Made by a program: the position numbers and the translations under genes. From NCBI GenBank assembly GCA_964356815.1, contig CAYHIR010000001.1, positions 32,297 to 96,296 on the forward strand: a DNA stretch of 64,000 nt. Direction: 5' to 3'. Source of the stretch: an uncultured Candidatus Saccharibacteria bacterium. Its GTDB lineage: Bacteria > Patescibacteriota > Minisyncoccia > Phycocordibacterales > DATGWK01. Positions 47,515 to 56,120 of this stretch are shown here, in pieces. Each line of letters opens with the position of its first letter. Position 1 is the stretch's first letter. The notes under the pieces are model-generated. The model made no database searches and was not told the origin of the DNA. It saw only the letters and a list, made by a program, of their open reading frames with translations.

Positions 47515-47586
47515 GGCCCCATCGTCTAACGGTTAGGACAGTGCCCTTTCAAGGCGCAAACCCGGGTTCGATTCCCGGTGGGGTCA
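47515..47586 (+). tRNA. tRNA-Glu (anticodon TTC)
   Basis: Acceptor GGCCCCA/TGGGGTC; anticodon stem GTGCC/GGCGC with loop CTTTCAA; T-arm CCCGGGTTCGATTCCCGG. Confidence 0.8.
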
Positions 47587-48050
47587 TACTGGATACAGAA
47601 ACGTGCGTTGTGATCGACAAAACCATCGTCTCCATGAATGACCATGTGATCGGCCCATTCGAAGCAGGTGATATCGTGGGGTTCTCCGAATACTTTCTGA
47701 GAACACACAGTGTCACGCACACATCTTCTTACTGGGCAATCTGCCGATAGTCCAGGCGCAACGGATATGTGCCAATCCAATCCATTAGTGTCACCACAGC
47801 ATGCGATTTGCAGAGCTTTTTCTTTTCTTGTCAAGAATTAAGAAAATGGGAGTTGTTAACTACTTGTTAATAAGCACTTGAAATTTTCACCGATATTGTG
47901 GTAGTATTTCGGAGGGTTTATTTTCTCAGTTCTTGTGTCATTTGTACCTTGAAAATAATAGCGTAAATTTACGCTTTTTAGATAATCAGCAAACAATGAT
48001 TCGCCATTAAAGTGGTGTATCATGGAGCCGAAACCGGCAAGGAGGAATTG

Positions 48051-48752
48051 ATGAAACCATCTAGTATTCTTCTGCGCATTCTGTTCTTTGTTCTTCTGAT
48101 GATTCTCGTTGGTACATTGTCAACCTCGATCATTTTTGTGAGAAGCGACAGCGAGAACCGGCACACAACCCCGTTTTCAGAACTCGACACAAGCTGGTGC
48201 GATGAGATTATCGCAGTACCAGTAAACTCCAAGATCTTATATGGTCGGGCAACAAACCAGACCACAGGCGGAAGGTTGGATTCTGGGGACAGGCTGAAGA
48301 CCGGGTATTACAGAGTCAAAAATGGATCGAGGACGATGATCTCTTTCCAGCCGAATGGATGGAGCGGACCAATCTGGGAATTGGAATTGAATTCCAATGC
48401 CCTTCTCGCTGTTGGTCGTGTTCCCGATGAAGCAATCGTCCCCCACATCATCTTCACAGAACTCGAACCGGGACCAGCAACACCAATCGAAATGAGTGAG
48501 GAGGAGCAGATTCTGGCTTCAGACAAGAAGAAAGAACCAGAAAATGTTCGCAGGGGGATGTTTGTGTGTTACGTCAATTTTCCAAAAGGATTTGCTCCAG
48601 ACGATAGCAATTCTTGCTATCGAATCGAATCTGGAAATCCGATCGACGCGCAATCCCTTGAGAGGGGTTGGGAAGTGGAAGATTCAGCAATGTTCCACAA
48701 GTGGAGAGTCGCTAAACTCGCCCAAACAACCAAGAAAGGAGACGATTTCTAG
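48051..48752 (+). CDS. Hypothetical membrane-anchored protein, GC-rich
   Basis: AAGGAGG RBS immediately before the ATG at 48051 (MKPSSILLRILFF..., TM helix); the ORF-track start at 48012 is less likely. Confidence 0.5.
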   Translation: MKPSSILLRILFFVLLMILVGTLSTSIIFVRSDSENRHTTPFSELDTSWCDEIIAVPVNSKILYGRATNQTTGGRLDSGDRLKTGYYRVKNGSRTMISFQPNGWSGPIWELELNSNALLAVGRVPDEAIVPHIIFTELEPGPATPIEMSEEEQILASDKKKEPENVRRGMFVCYVNFPKGFAPDDSNSCYRIESGNPIDAQSLERGWEVEDSAMFHKWRVAKLAQTTKKGDDF

Positions 48753-48821
48753 AGGTGTCTCGGCATTCGCACCCCAATCGACCCGTCATAAAAAAGTACG
48801 GGTTAGAAAGAGAGTTGAGAA

Positions 48822-49409
48822 GTGAAATTCCCTTCCCTGTTTGCACTTGTGATCATGATGATCTCGCAAGCTCAGGCGAACACACCCGTCGCTCAAGAAC
48901 CCCAAGCTCGGGTCGTTACCGCCCAACGACCCGAAGGAACTCAGATCGTCGACGGTCTGGTATTCGATCTTCAAAACGGCGAGTTCGTCGAGTTGCAAAC
49001 GCCACTCGGAATCGGTCGGTACATCATTTTTTCAGACGCTTCGATGGTACTCTGGTTTGATGGTTGGCAATCGCCAATCATCAAAAACCTCGGGCTTTCA
49101 GCCGGGGTTTTGATGCAGATCGTCTCAGCACCAACGCTTGATCAATTGTCAATCGAGGTGTGGGATCTCATCACATTCGCCACCAGAAACCCAACACTCC
49201 CGCCTGCAACTTGGCACGGTACGCCATGGGACAGATGGTGTACAAACACTTGCCCGCCAGGTTCGTTTTGCGGACCAGGTTGCAAATGCTGGATCATCAA
49301 AGAAGCCTCGTCAGAAGCAAATCCGTTTGCCCCAGAACGCGAACTGAGGGAGATGACCACTCGTCCACCTCGGCAAGCCCAAGCCTGTGACAGCAGAAGA
49401 GATTTCTAG
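48822..49409 (+). CDS. Secreted Cys-rich hypothetical protein (GTG start), GC-rich
   Basis: 195 aa; signal peptide ending AQA; C-terminal Cys cluster (CTNTCPPGSFCGPGCKCW). Terminator hairpin at 49437..49466. Confidence 0.5.
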   Translation: MKFPSLFALVIMMISQAQANTPVAQEPQARVVTAQRPEGTQIVDGLVFDLQNGEFVELQTPLGIGRYIIFSDASMVLWFDGWQSPIIKNLGLSAGVLMQIVSAPTLDQLSIEVWDLITFATRNPTLPPATWHGTPWDRWCTNTCPPGSFCGPGCKCWIIKEASSEANPFAPERELREMTTRPPRQAQACDSRRDF

Positions 49410-49436
49410 CTTCTGAAATGACTCTACTGAGACCAC

Positions 49437-49466
49437 GAAACCCCGCGCCTTCGCGGGGTTTTTTCT
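49437..49466 (+). terminator. Rho-independent terminator
   Basis: AAACCCCGCGCCTTCGCGGGGTTTTTTCTT. Confidence 0.7.
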
Positions 49467-49496
49467 TACCGATTTTTGTGTTAATCTAGCGTTCTC

Positions 49497-49519
49497 GGGC
49501 GGTTAGCTGTTTTGGTAGG
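49497..49519 (+). repeat. Degenerate copy of the tRNA-Val 5' half (GGGCGGTTAGCTGTTTTGGTAGG) 17 nt upstream of the tRNA-Val gene
   Basis: Matches tRNA-Val positions 1-23 except that CAGTTGG is replaced by GTTTTGG. This is the same substitution seen upstream of tRNA-Lys. Confidence 0.65.
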
Positions 49520-49536
49520 TAACGCTAAAAAATCAC

Positions 49537-49612
49537 GGGCGGTTAGCTCAGTTGGTAGAGCGCAACATTGACGTTGTTGATGCCAGAGGTTCGAGTCCTC
49601 TACCGCCCACCA
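49537..49612 (+). tRNA. tRNA-Val (anticodon GAC), CCA encoded
   Basis: Acceptor GGGCGGT/ACCGCCC; anticodon stem CAACA/TGTTG with loop TTGACGT; T-arm AGAGGTTCGAGTCCTCT; ACCA 3' end. Confidence 0.85.
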
Positions 49613-49644
49613 ATTCGGTTTTCTGTATTAAAAAATTTATTTAC

Positions 49645-50889
49645 ATGATTATTCTAAGCATCGAGACAAGCTGTGACGAGACAGCAGTGAGCATTGTACA
49701 CGCCGAGAGTGGTGCGAAAAGTGGCACAAAAAGCGAAAAGGAGTCGCCGCATTTTGATGTACTCGCAAATTTAGTTTTGTCGCAAATAAAAACTCACGCT
49801 CAGTACGGCGGTGTTTTTCCTGCAATTGCTCGACGCGAACATTCATTGGCCATTGCACCGCTTATTGAACAGGCCTTAGTTGAAGCAAAAATAGAAAAAA
49901 CTGCGGTTCAGACGACAAAAATGAATGGAAATGTCGCGACACAGACACGAGCGCGTGAAATCCTCCACCGCGACCCAGATCTAGCAGAAAAAATTATCAC
50001 TCTCGTAGAAAAATTCCCACGGCCGAAAATAGACATGCTTGCCGTCACCTATGGCCCTGGTCTCGAGCCAGCACTTTGGATTGGCCTAACCGTTGCCCAA
50101 ACCCTGAGCACGATATGGAACATTCCCCTTATGCCGATAAATCACATGGAAGGACACATTGTCTCCGTTCTTTACGGGGCCAACCAAAATCACGCGATTA
50201 AATCGGTGCAATTCCCTGCTCTCGCTCTGCTCATTTCCGGCGGTCACACTGAGCTTGTGCTTGTTAAAGATTGGACCGAGTATGAAATAATCGGCGAAAC
50301 ACGCGATGACGCAGTTGGTGAAGCCTTCGATAAAGTGGCACGAATGCTCGGTCTGCCATATCCTGGCGGACCAGAAATTTCGCGCCTAGCGGCGGAGTGG
50401 CGCGAACAACGAGCGAGCGGCACGAACGGGCCGACAGAAAACCCTTTTCACTTTCCCCGCCCGATGATGAACACAGCCGATTTTGATTTCTCTTTTTCCG
50501 GCTTAAAGACAAGTATTTTATATACACTTAAAAAACTACCGCGGTTGACGCCGGAAATTATTTCTCAAGTGGCCGAAGAATTTGAAAATGCGGTAACAGA
50601 AGTTTTGCTCAAAAAAACTCTTCGAGCGGCAGAAGTGCATGGCGCGAAAAGTCTAATCATCGCTGGCGGTGTAGCGGCCAATAAATTCATTAGAAAATCT
50701 TTTGAGGAGGCCACGGCCGAAAAAAACATTGCTCTTTTTGTACCAGAAAATAACCTATCCACAGACAACGCTCTGATGATTGCTATTTGTGCCTATATGA
50801 GAAATCTTTACGGCAAAACCGGCGATTTACAAAACAATCTACTAGAAAAAGAAATTCGCGCTGTGGGCAATGCTCGCCTCGGCGAATAA
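49645..50889 (+). CDS. tsaD: tRNA N6-adenosine threonylcarbamoyltransferase TsaD (Kae1/OSGEP family) with internal insertion
   Basis: Start moved to the ATG at 49645 (MIILSIETSCDETAVSIV), downstream of tRNA-Val. HxxH-less ASKHA fold motifs; conserved TYGPGL and LISGGHT. Confidence 0.85.
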   Translation: MIILSIETSCDETAVSIVHAESGAKSGTKSEKESPHFDVLANLVLSQIKTHAQYGGVFPAIARREHSLAIAPLIEQALVEAKIEKTAVQTTKMNGNVATQTRAREILHRDPDLAEKIITLVEKFPRPKIDMLAVTYGPGLEPALWIGLTVAQTLSTIWNIPLMPINHMEGHIVSVLYGANQNHAIKSVQFPALALLISGGHTELVLVKDWTEYEIIGETRDDAVGEAFDKVARMLGLPYPGGPEISRLAAEWREQRASGTNGPTENPFHFPRPMMNTADFDFSFSGLKTSILYTLKKLPRLTPEIISQVAEEFENAVTEVLLKKTLRAAEVHGAKSLIIAGGVAANKFIRKSFEEATAEKNIALFVPENNLSTDNALMIAICAYMRNLYGKTGDLQNNLLEKEIRAVGNARLGE

Positions 50890-50933
50890 AATCTCGAAAA
50901 CAAACTCCCGCGGCGTTTTTGACCTGATATAAT

Positions 50934-51701
50934 GTGAGCATGATTCTTGGTCTTTCTTATGAGACGATCGCTTTCTCGCTCGCTGGCGGCGTTTTTCCTA
51001 CTTTTCTTTGGCTTTGGTTTTGGCTTCGAGAAGATAGCGCGCATCCAGAGCCAAAAAGGTTTGTGATCGCCACTTTTTTAGCTGGCATGGCGAGCGTGAT
51101 AATAGTTTTGCCGATTCAGAGACTTATCTACGATTATTTTGGGAATATGAGTTCGTACTCGCTCAGCAATGTAGTACCAATTTTAAAAATAAGCATAGTA
51201 AGCTCCACAATTCTCATTATTATTTGGGCGGCGTTTGAAGAAATTTTTAAATATCTTGCCGCGCATGTCGCTGGTATGTGGCGCGGAGCGATGGACGAGC
51301 CGATAGACGCGGTAATGTATCTTATCACTGCCGCGCTCGGCTTTGCCGCCATGGAAAATACCCTTTTTCTCGTCGAGCCAATCATCGCCGGCAATTTTAC
51401 AGACAGCATCATCACTGGCAATCTCCGGTTTGTCGGTTCAACACTCCTACATGTACTTTCTTCGGCTGTTGTGGGCGTTTTCATGGCTTTTGCTTTCTAC
51501 AAAAGCCGTGTGGAAAAATTTATCTACGCAATTTTTGGCCTTATCCTCGCCACTGCGTTGCACACCCTTTTCAACTTGTCTATAATAGATGCAAGTGAGG
51601 GCGACGCGCTCATCACCTTTTCTTTTCTGTGGATTCTGATACTCGGCCTACTCCTGTTTTTGGAAAAAGTTAAAAGTTTGAAACAAAAGACGAACGCATA
51701 G
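50934..51701 (+). CDS. PrsW-family intramembrane metalloprotease-like protein
   Basis: 255 aa; multi-TM; AAFEEIFKYLAAH (EExxK) and the later FxxxH region typical of PrsW/PF13367. Confidence 0.5.
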   Translation: MSMILGLSYETIAFSLAGGVFPTFLWLWFWLREDSAHPEPKRFVIATFLAGMASVIIVLPIQRLIYDYFGNMSSYSLSNVVPILKISIVSSTILIIIWAAFEEIFKYLAAHVAGMWRGAMDEPIDAVMYLITAALGFAAMENTLFLVEPIIAGNFTDSIITGNLRFVGSTLLHVLSSAVVGVFMAFAFYKSRVEKFIYAIFGLILATALHTLFNLSIIDASEGDALITFSFLWILILGLLLFLEKVKSLKQKTNA

Positions 51702-51704
51702 AGC

Positions 51705-52211
51705 ATGGGGGGTGATATAACAAAGTTAATTTTAAAAAACATAGACATGGCAAAAGACCGCAGATCATTTTTTGAGAGATTAACTGGCGCAGTCCGTTTG
51801 CCAGACGACGATGATTCGCGCGATTTAAAAATTCAAGCCGAGGGTGACGACGATTCTGCCGAATTAGAACCTGCCGAAGGCCAACTTATTGTCGATGTCT
51901 ACCAAACTCACAACGACATTATCATCAAAACCATGGTGCCAGGTGTCCGCCCTGAAGATTTGGATATAAATATCACCCGTGAAATGGTGACAGTGAAATG
52001 CAGGCGCGAAACCGAGCGCACCGTAGCCGACGGCGACTACTTTCACCGCGAGCTTTACTGGGGTAGTTTCTCTCGCACCGTTATGCTTCCTCAAGAAATA
52101 GATATCGACGGCGCCGACGCAACAGAAAAACACGGTCTTTTAATAATTAAATTACCGAAACTAGATAAAAATAGGCAGACGAAGGTGAGGGTGAAGAATA
52201 GTGGGAATTAG
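51705..52211 (+). CDS. Hsp20/alpha-crystallin small heat-shock protein (alternative start at 51747)
   Basis: Alpha-crystallin domain (QLIVDVYQTHNDIIIKTMVPGVRPEDLDINITREMVTVKC...GLLIIKLPK). Confidence 0.8.
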   Translation: MGGDITKLILKNIDMAKDRRSFFERLTGAVRLPDDDDSRDLKIQAEGDDDSAELEPAEGQLIVDVYQTHNDIIIKTMVPGVRPEDLDINITREMVTVKCRRETERTVADGDYFHRELYWGSFSRTVMLPQEIDIDGADATEKHGLLIIKLPKLDKNRQTKVRVKNSGN

Positions 52212-52214
52212 GTA

Positions 52215-52352
52215 GACAAAATCTCCGTAGTGAGTTTCTCAAACCGTTCGTGCGCCTCCTGCGGGCGCACTCACTTAATCCTCGAAAAATTTCCTGCTGG
52301 ACCAAGCAAATTTTTCTGCGGCAGTTTTCGAAACTCACTACGGAGATTTTGT
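52215..52352. mobile_element. MITE-like element: perfect 24-bp terminal inverted repeats (GACAAAATCTCCGTAGTGAGTTTC / GAAACTCACTACGGAGATTTTGTC) around a 90-bp core; directly after the hsp20 stop
   Basis: Direct reading. Core has an internal 7-bp hairpin (GTGCGCC/GGCGCAC). A partial inverted copy of the core is at 43786..43933. Confidence 0.6.
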
Positions 52353-52356
52353 CTTG

Positions 52357-52809
52357 TTAATTTACGAAATAATTCTTTTTTCTTAGAAGATAGGTGGCGA
52401 TAAAAATACTCGGAATAATCCAAGATAGGAGTGTAAAAATTGTCACGAAATAAATAATATTTTCACCTAAAGCTATATCTTGCGGGGAAAGCGGCGTATC
52501 ACTCAAAACTTCGAAAGTACCTCCGTTCCACAAAATAGCAAGAATGTCCATAAAATTAAGGACGGCAAAATATATCGAGAATATTATCGCTGTCTTTCTG
52601 CCATCTTTATTTTTTTTAGATATTCCCCAGAAACAAAAAATTAAGATAAATAGAATTCCAAAATTCTCTACAAGTGCAAAATTGTCTTCTAATAATATCG
52701 GCCCCTTACCAAAAAAATTTAACGTCGTTGAAACAATCGCCAAGCCGATGAAAAACAAAACTAACGCTATCCCTATTGGCATTTGCCCTGGCGTGTTTAT
52801 ATTTTTCAT
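52357..52809 (-). CDS. Hypothetical 4-TM membrane protein, AT-rich
   Basis: 150 aa; four hydrophobic helices; no recognised motif. Confidence 0.45.
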   Translation of the reverse strand: MKNINTPGQMPIGIALVLFFIGLAIVSTTLNFFGKGPILLEDNFALVENFGILFILIFCFWGISKKNKDGRKTAIIFSIYFAVLNFMDILAILWNGGTFEVLSDTPLSPQDIALGENIIYFVTIFTLLSWIIPSIFIATYLLRKKNYFVN

Positions 52810-52847
52810 GAAATATGATTAAGTCGACAATATATATCTAGTAACGG

Positions 52848-52920
52848 TGCCGAGGACCGGGCTCGAACCGGTGACCCCATGCTCTTCAGGCATATGCTCT
52901 ACCAACTGAGCTACCTCGGC
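52848..52920 (-). tRNA. tRNA-Phe (anticodon GAA)
   Basis: Minus reading: GCCGAGG UAGCUCAGUUGGUAGAGC A UAUGC CUGAAGA GCAUG ... CCGGTTCGAGCCCGG ... CCTCGGC A. Confidence 0.8.
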
Positions 52921-53047
52921 GTTGCGTAAACTTCTGATTCTGCGGTGACCGGAAATTTCTGCTGAAATTTCCTAACCCTCGGCCTCTTCGGCCTGCGTAG
53001 TCAATTCAAAACTTTAATTTACTCTCGCGGACGAACTAACCATACCA

Positions 53048-53314
53048 TTAACCCCCAAAAGCCTTCAAAGCGCCTTGAATGTTGCTGTAATCGTTTGAAA
53101 AACTGCCGTAGACCCCCATCAACTGATCGACATACGGCTGAATGACATAGTATGCACCAACGGACAGACCGATAATCACTAGCCAATAAACGACCCGAAA
53201 GGCCTGAGAAAACCTCATACTCCGACGCATACTGCGAAGTAGGTGGTTGTTTTCCTCGGCCAAATCAAAGGTTTTTTCAAGCAACTCGCGATCTTTCGGG
53301 TCCATTCTGGGCAT
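53048..53314 (-). CDS. Small membrane hypothetical protein
   Basis: 88 aa; one TM helix (VVYWLVIIGLSVGAYYVI). Confidence 0.4.
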   Translation of the reverse strand: MPRMDPKDRELLEKTFDLAEENNHLLRSMRRSMRFSQAFRVVYWLVIIGLSVGAYYVIQPYVDQLMGVYGSFSNDYSNIQGALKAFGG

Positions 53315-53400
53315 TCTACCAGAAAGTCGCCCAAAGAAAAAGGCGACTGATGAGGTCGCCCATAGAAGATTGCGTTATGCTGTACATGAGTTTACATCTC

Positions 53401-53658
53401 TCAATCGCGATGTTTGTTGTTACAATTAGAGCAGTTGGTTGTCGGTTTGCGATTTGTGTAGTAACAACGAGTTTTCTCATCTTCGATTTTGTAAAACAAG
53501 TTGACGAGAATTCCAAAGTGCAAGAAAGTAACGGCCACCCAGCCGAAAAAGGCAGCCAACGCAAGTGAGACGCTCCTAGTTTGATAGTAAATGAACACAG
53601 TGGACGCGATCATTGAACCAATCGCGACAATCAAGAAGCCTGGAATAGGCGGCAACAT
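53401..53658 (-). CDS. Small 2-TM membrane protein with Cys-rich C-terminus
   Basis: Start set at the ATG at 53658, preceded by AAAGGAGG 9 nt upstream (MLPPIPGFLIVAIGS...). The ORF-track N-terminal extension has no RBS support. Confidence 0.5.
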   Translation of the reverse strand: MLPPIPGFLIVAIGSMIASTVFIYYQTRSVSLALAAFFGWVAVTFLHFGILVNLFYKIEDEKTRCYYTNRKPTTNCSNCNNKHRD

Positions 53659-53830
53659 GCGACAACCTCCTTTTGAATGAACGGGGTGCCTTGGAACAAT
53701 GACAAAATCGAACATCGATTTTGTCCAAACCAACGAGTAAGATAACACATGAAAAGATACATAGCCATAGCGGCTAAAATTACATTTTGAAATGACTACG
53801 CCGGCCGAAGAGGCTGATTTTAAATACGAA

Positions 53831-53941
53831 GTAAGCACACAAGTGTTCTGAAAAGACTCCGCGGAAGCGCTTGGCGCTGAGCGGGAGGAAAATTTTCAGA
53901 AGAAAATTATTCCGTGCTTTTCAGAACACTTGTGTGCTTAC
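53831..53941. repeat. Hairpin element with perfect 25-bp terminal inverted repeats (GTAAGCACACAAGTGTTCTGAAAAG / CTTTTCAGAACACTTGTGTGCTTAC) and 61-nt core, 7 nt from the tRNA-Arg 3' end
   Basis: Direct reading. Core contains GGAAGCGCTTGGCGCTGAGCGGGAGG, which resembles the core of the element at 32908..33029. Confidence 0.6.
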
Positions 53942-53948
53942 GCAGATA

Positions 53949-54020
53949 TGCCACCGGCAGGAATTGAACCTACAATAACGCCTTAGGACGGCGCTGTTAT
54001 ATCCGTTTAACTACGGCGGC
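53949..54020 (-). tRNA. tRNA-Arg (anticodon CCT)
   Basis: Minus reading: GCCGCCG UA GUUAAACGGAUAUAAC A GCGCC GUCCUAA GGCGU UAUU GUAGG UUCAAUU CCUGC CGGUGGC A. Confidence 0.75.
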
Positions 54021-54026
54021 GCGAAT

Positions 54027-54260
54027 TTAAATACCCAAAAGTTTGGACAAAACGGGTTTGTTGAAACCAATAACCAAATCATTGTCGATAGTAATAACTG
54101 GCACGCCCATTTGGCCAGATAGATCGATCATCTCGGTGCGCCTAGCGGCGTCGGCCGAGACATCGTGCTCTTCAAACTGAATTCCTTTTTCTTTGAAGAA
54201 TTCTTTAGCGTGACGACAGTAAGTGCAAGTTGGTGTGGAATATATGGTGACTTTTTTCAT
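54027..54260 (-). CDS. Glutaredoxin-like protein (NrdH/Grx family)
   Basis: 77 aa; CTYC active site near the N-terminus; GVPVITID motif. Confidence 0.8.
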   Translation of the reverse strand: MKKVTIYSTPTCTYCRHAKEFFKEKGIQFEEHDVSADAARRTEMIDLSGQMGVPVITIDNDLVIGFNKPVLSKLLGI

Positions 54261-54279
54261 GAATTAGAGATTATCATAT

Positions 54280-54675
54280 TTACTCAATATGCACAAAAGC
54301 TAAGAATCCGTGCCACAACCGACCGAAAAACGAGCGCTCGATCGGAGCTGTGCTCGAAGCTGTGCCATTTTTGCCTCGGACGATAATCACCGCATCCTCC
54401 CCTTCTTTTACCACGCCAAACTTTTCCCGAATTTCTCGGTCTAGACCCCGCTCGCTTTCCAAATCCTCTATTTTTTCAGCCAACTCGGCGCTACTAGCTT
54501 GAAGTGCTGTTAGTTCATCCTCGGCTCGCACCAAGCTGTTCTTCGCTTCTTGATTTTTTTGATAAATGCCCCAGGTGGAACGCGCAAGAAAAATAAGAGC
54601 GATAAGCAAAACAACCTGCACTGGCCGCGAATATATTCGCCGCTTTATTTTCTGCCTTTCGCGGAGATGTTGCAT
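54280..54675 (-). CDS. FtsB/DivIC-like septum formation initiator (TM plus coiled coil)
   Basis: 131 aa; N-terminal TM; coiled-coil (LVRAEDELTALQASSAELAEKIEDLESE); C-terminal beta region. Confidence 0.5.
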   Translation of the reverse strand: MQHLRERQKIKRRIYSRPVQVVLLIALIFLARSTWGIYQKNQEAKNSLVRAEDELTALQASSAELAEKIEDLESERGLDREIREKFGVVKEGEDAVIIVRGKNGTASSTAPIERSFFGRLWHGFLAFVHIE

Positions 54676-54955
54676 GTTTTATGTGTTTCTATTATAACAG
54701 GAGAAATTGCGACAGGAGAATTCCGGCAAAATATGCTAGGATATCCAAATTATGATATTCGAACAGAAAAATAAAAAGATTATAAAGATCGTTTGGACAG
54801 TCCTCTGTATTATCATTATCGTGAGCATGGTTTTGCTTTACAGCCCGATGCTTTTTCAATAGTAAACGCAAACAGATACACCGCCTCTGAAGCTTCGTGG
54901 TGAGGTAAATTCTTTTTATGTTTGTATTTTCTTATACACTTGTTACGCTTACGGC

Positions 54956-56119
54956 ATGCAAATGGGTGAGCTCAGAGACGTTGTAAAAAACTTCCCAAAG
55001 TATCCTGGGACGATAGAAAAATCACCAGCGTCTGTTTGTAATGATGGTTTCCCAGGTACATTTAACATGAGCTACAGCGAGGCAGAAATGATTGAATATT
55101 TTGGTCAATATTTGGACTATAACAAAGACCTCATTTATTCAAAGATACAGCCGGTTATTAGATATCAAGATTGGAAACATATTGCAGATGCCGATGAACA
55201 TAGTTATCGCTATCTAAGTCTTTTTGACCTTGCCGATATTGGCGGTGCGATCATTTTAAAAGAACAAAAAAATGTGAAGGGGGTGATTCATTTCTGCGTT
55301 AAAAATCTGTACACATTTCTTATTGAAAATTTGAAATTAAAAAAAGAGAATTTGAGAATAAGTTTTTTTCCGGGAGGTGACGTGAAAACAGCGACAAAAG
55401 GTAAATACGATTTTGATTATCAGTTACCGTCGGATGAAACAGTGAGTGTTTGGAAAGAGCTGGGACTTAAAGAAGGACAATTCCTGCCAGAATTTTCCAG
55501 AGACACCCTTCTTGCGGTTAACATATTTGGCTTACCTACACCCTGGGGTTTCAGACATGAAGTAAATTATCTGCACAAAGGAAAATTATTAGACATAGCA
55601 ACATTTGAGTACATAATTTATCGCCCTATTTTCAAAGAGGGTAAAATTGTTGATTTAAGAGAATGGGAACATTTATTTTCTATTTCAGCCGTAGGATTAG
55701 ATAGAATTCTTATGGTGGTAAACGACTTAGAAAAAACTACGGACTGTCCGCACATAAAACCACTTATTGAACTCTGTTTAGAGAAATCAAAGAATAAAGA
55801 TGAAAAAAAGGCCATAATTGCCGCTCAAGCTATACGTTCACTTCATAGGGTTTTTACAGATTGTGACTCGTTCACTAATTTAACCAGAAAACGAAAAGAA
55901 AAAGTGAGAAATTTCTATACAGGCATCAACTCGAGTTTTAAATCCCTGGGTATAACTGATGGATCCAACCTACTAGACGAATTGCTCACTCTGAATAGCA
56001 CTCTGCAAAATTACTATCCGGAATTAAGAAACTCTATAAAAATAACAAAGGAAGAAATTCTTGCTGGACTTTCAAGACTTGGAAAAAAGAGGCTGAAGAT
56101 TAAGAAGGTGGTAAAGTGA
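54956..56119 (+). CDS. Hypothetical protein, AT-rich (weak resemblance to class II AlaRS catalytic-core motifs)
   Basis: 387 aa; segments LSLFDLADIGGAII and SAVGLDRILMVVNDL loosely resemble the AlaRS TFFEMLGN and GMGLERL motifs. Unverified. Confidence 0.45.
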   Translation: MQMGELRDVVKNFPKYPGTIEKSPASVCNDGFPGTFNMSYSEAEMIEYFGQYLDYNKDLIYSKIQPVIRYQDWKHIADADEHSYRYLSLFDLADIGGAIILKEQKNVKGVIHFCVKNLYTFLIENLKLKKENLRISFFPGGDVKTATKGKYDFDYQLPSDETVSVWKELGLKEGQFLPEFSRDTLLAVNIFGLPTPWGFRHEVNYLHKGKLLDIATFEYIIYRPIFKEGKIVDLREWEHLFSISAVGLDRILMVVNDLEKTTDCPHIKPLIELCLEKSKNKDEKKAIIAAQAIRSLHRVFTDCDSFTNLTRKRKEKVRNFYTGINSSFKSLGITDGSNLLDELLTLNSTLQNYYPELRNSIKITKEEILAGLSRLGKKRLKIKKVVK

Positions 56120-56120
56120 C

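Noticed and set aside
47526-47834. Cys-rich 102-aa ORF on the minus strand
   Set aside because: Its C-terminal 20 codons run through tRNA-Glu (47515..47586) and it has no RBS. Likely non-coding spacer.
54751-54903. 50-aa ORF (MIFEQKNKKIYKDRLDSPLYYHYREHGFAL...) in the grx/ftsB – hypothetical intergenic region
   Set aside because: Weak RBS, no recognisable family, short. Cannot be supported from sequence alone.
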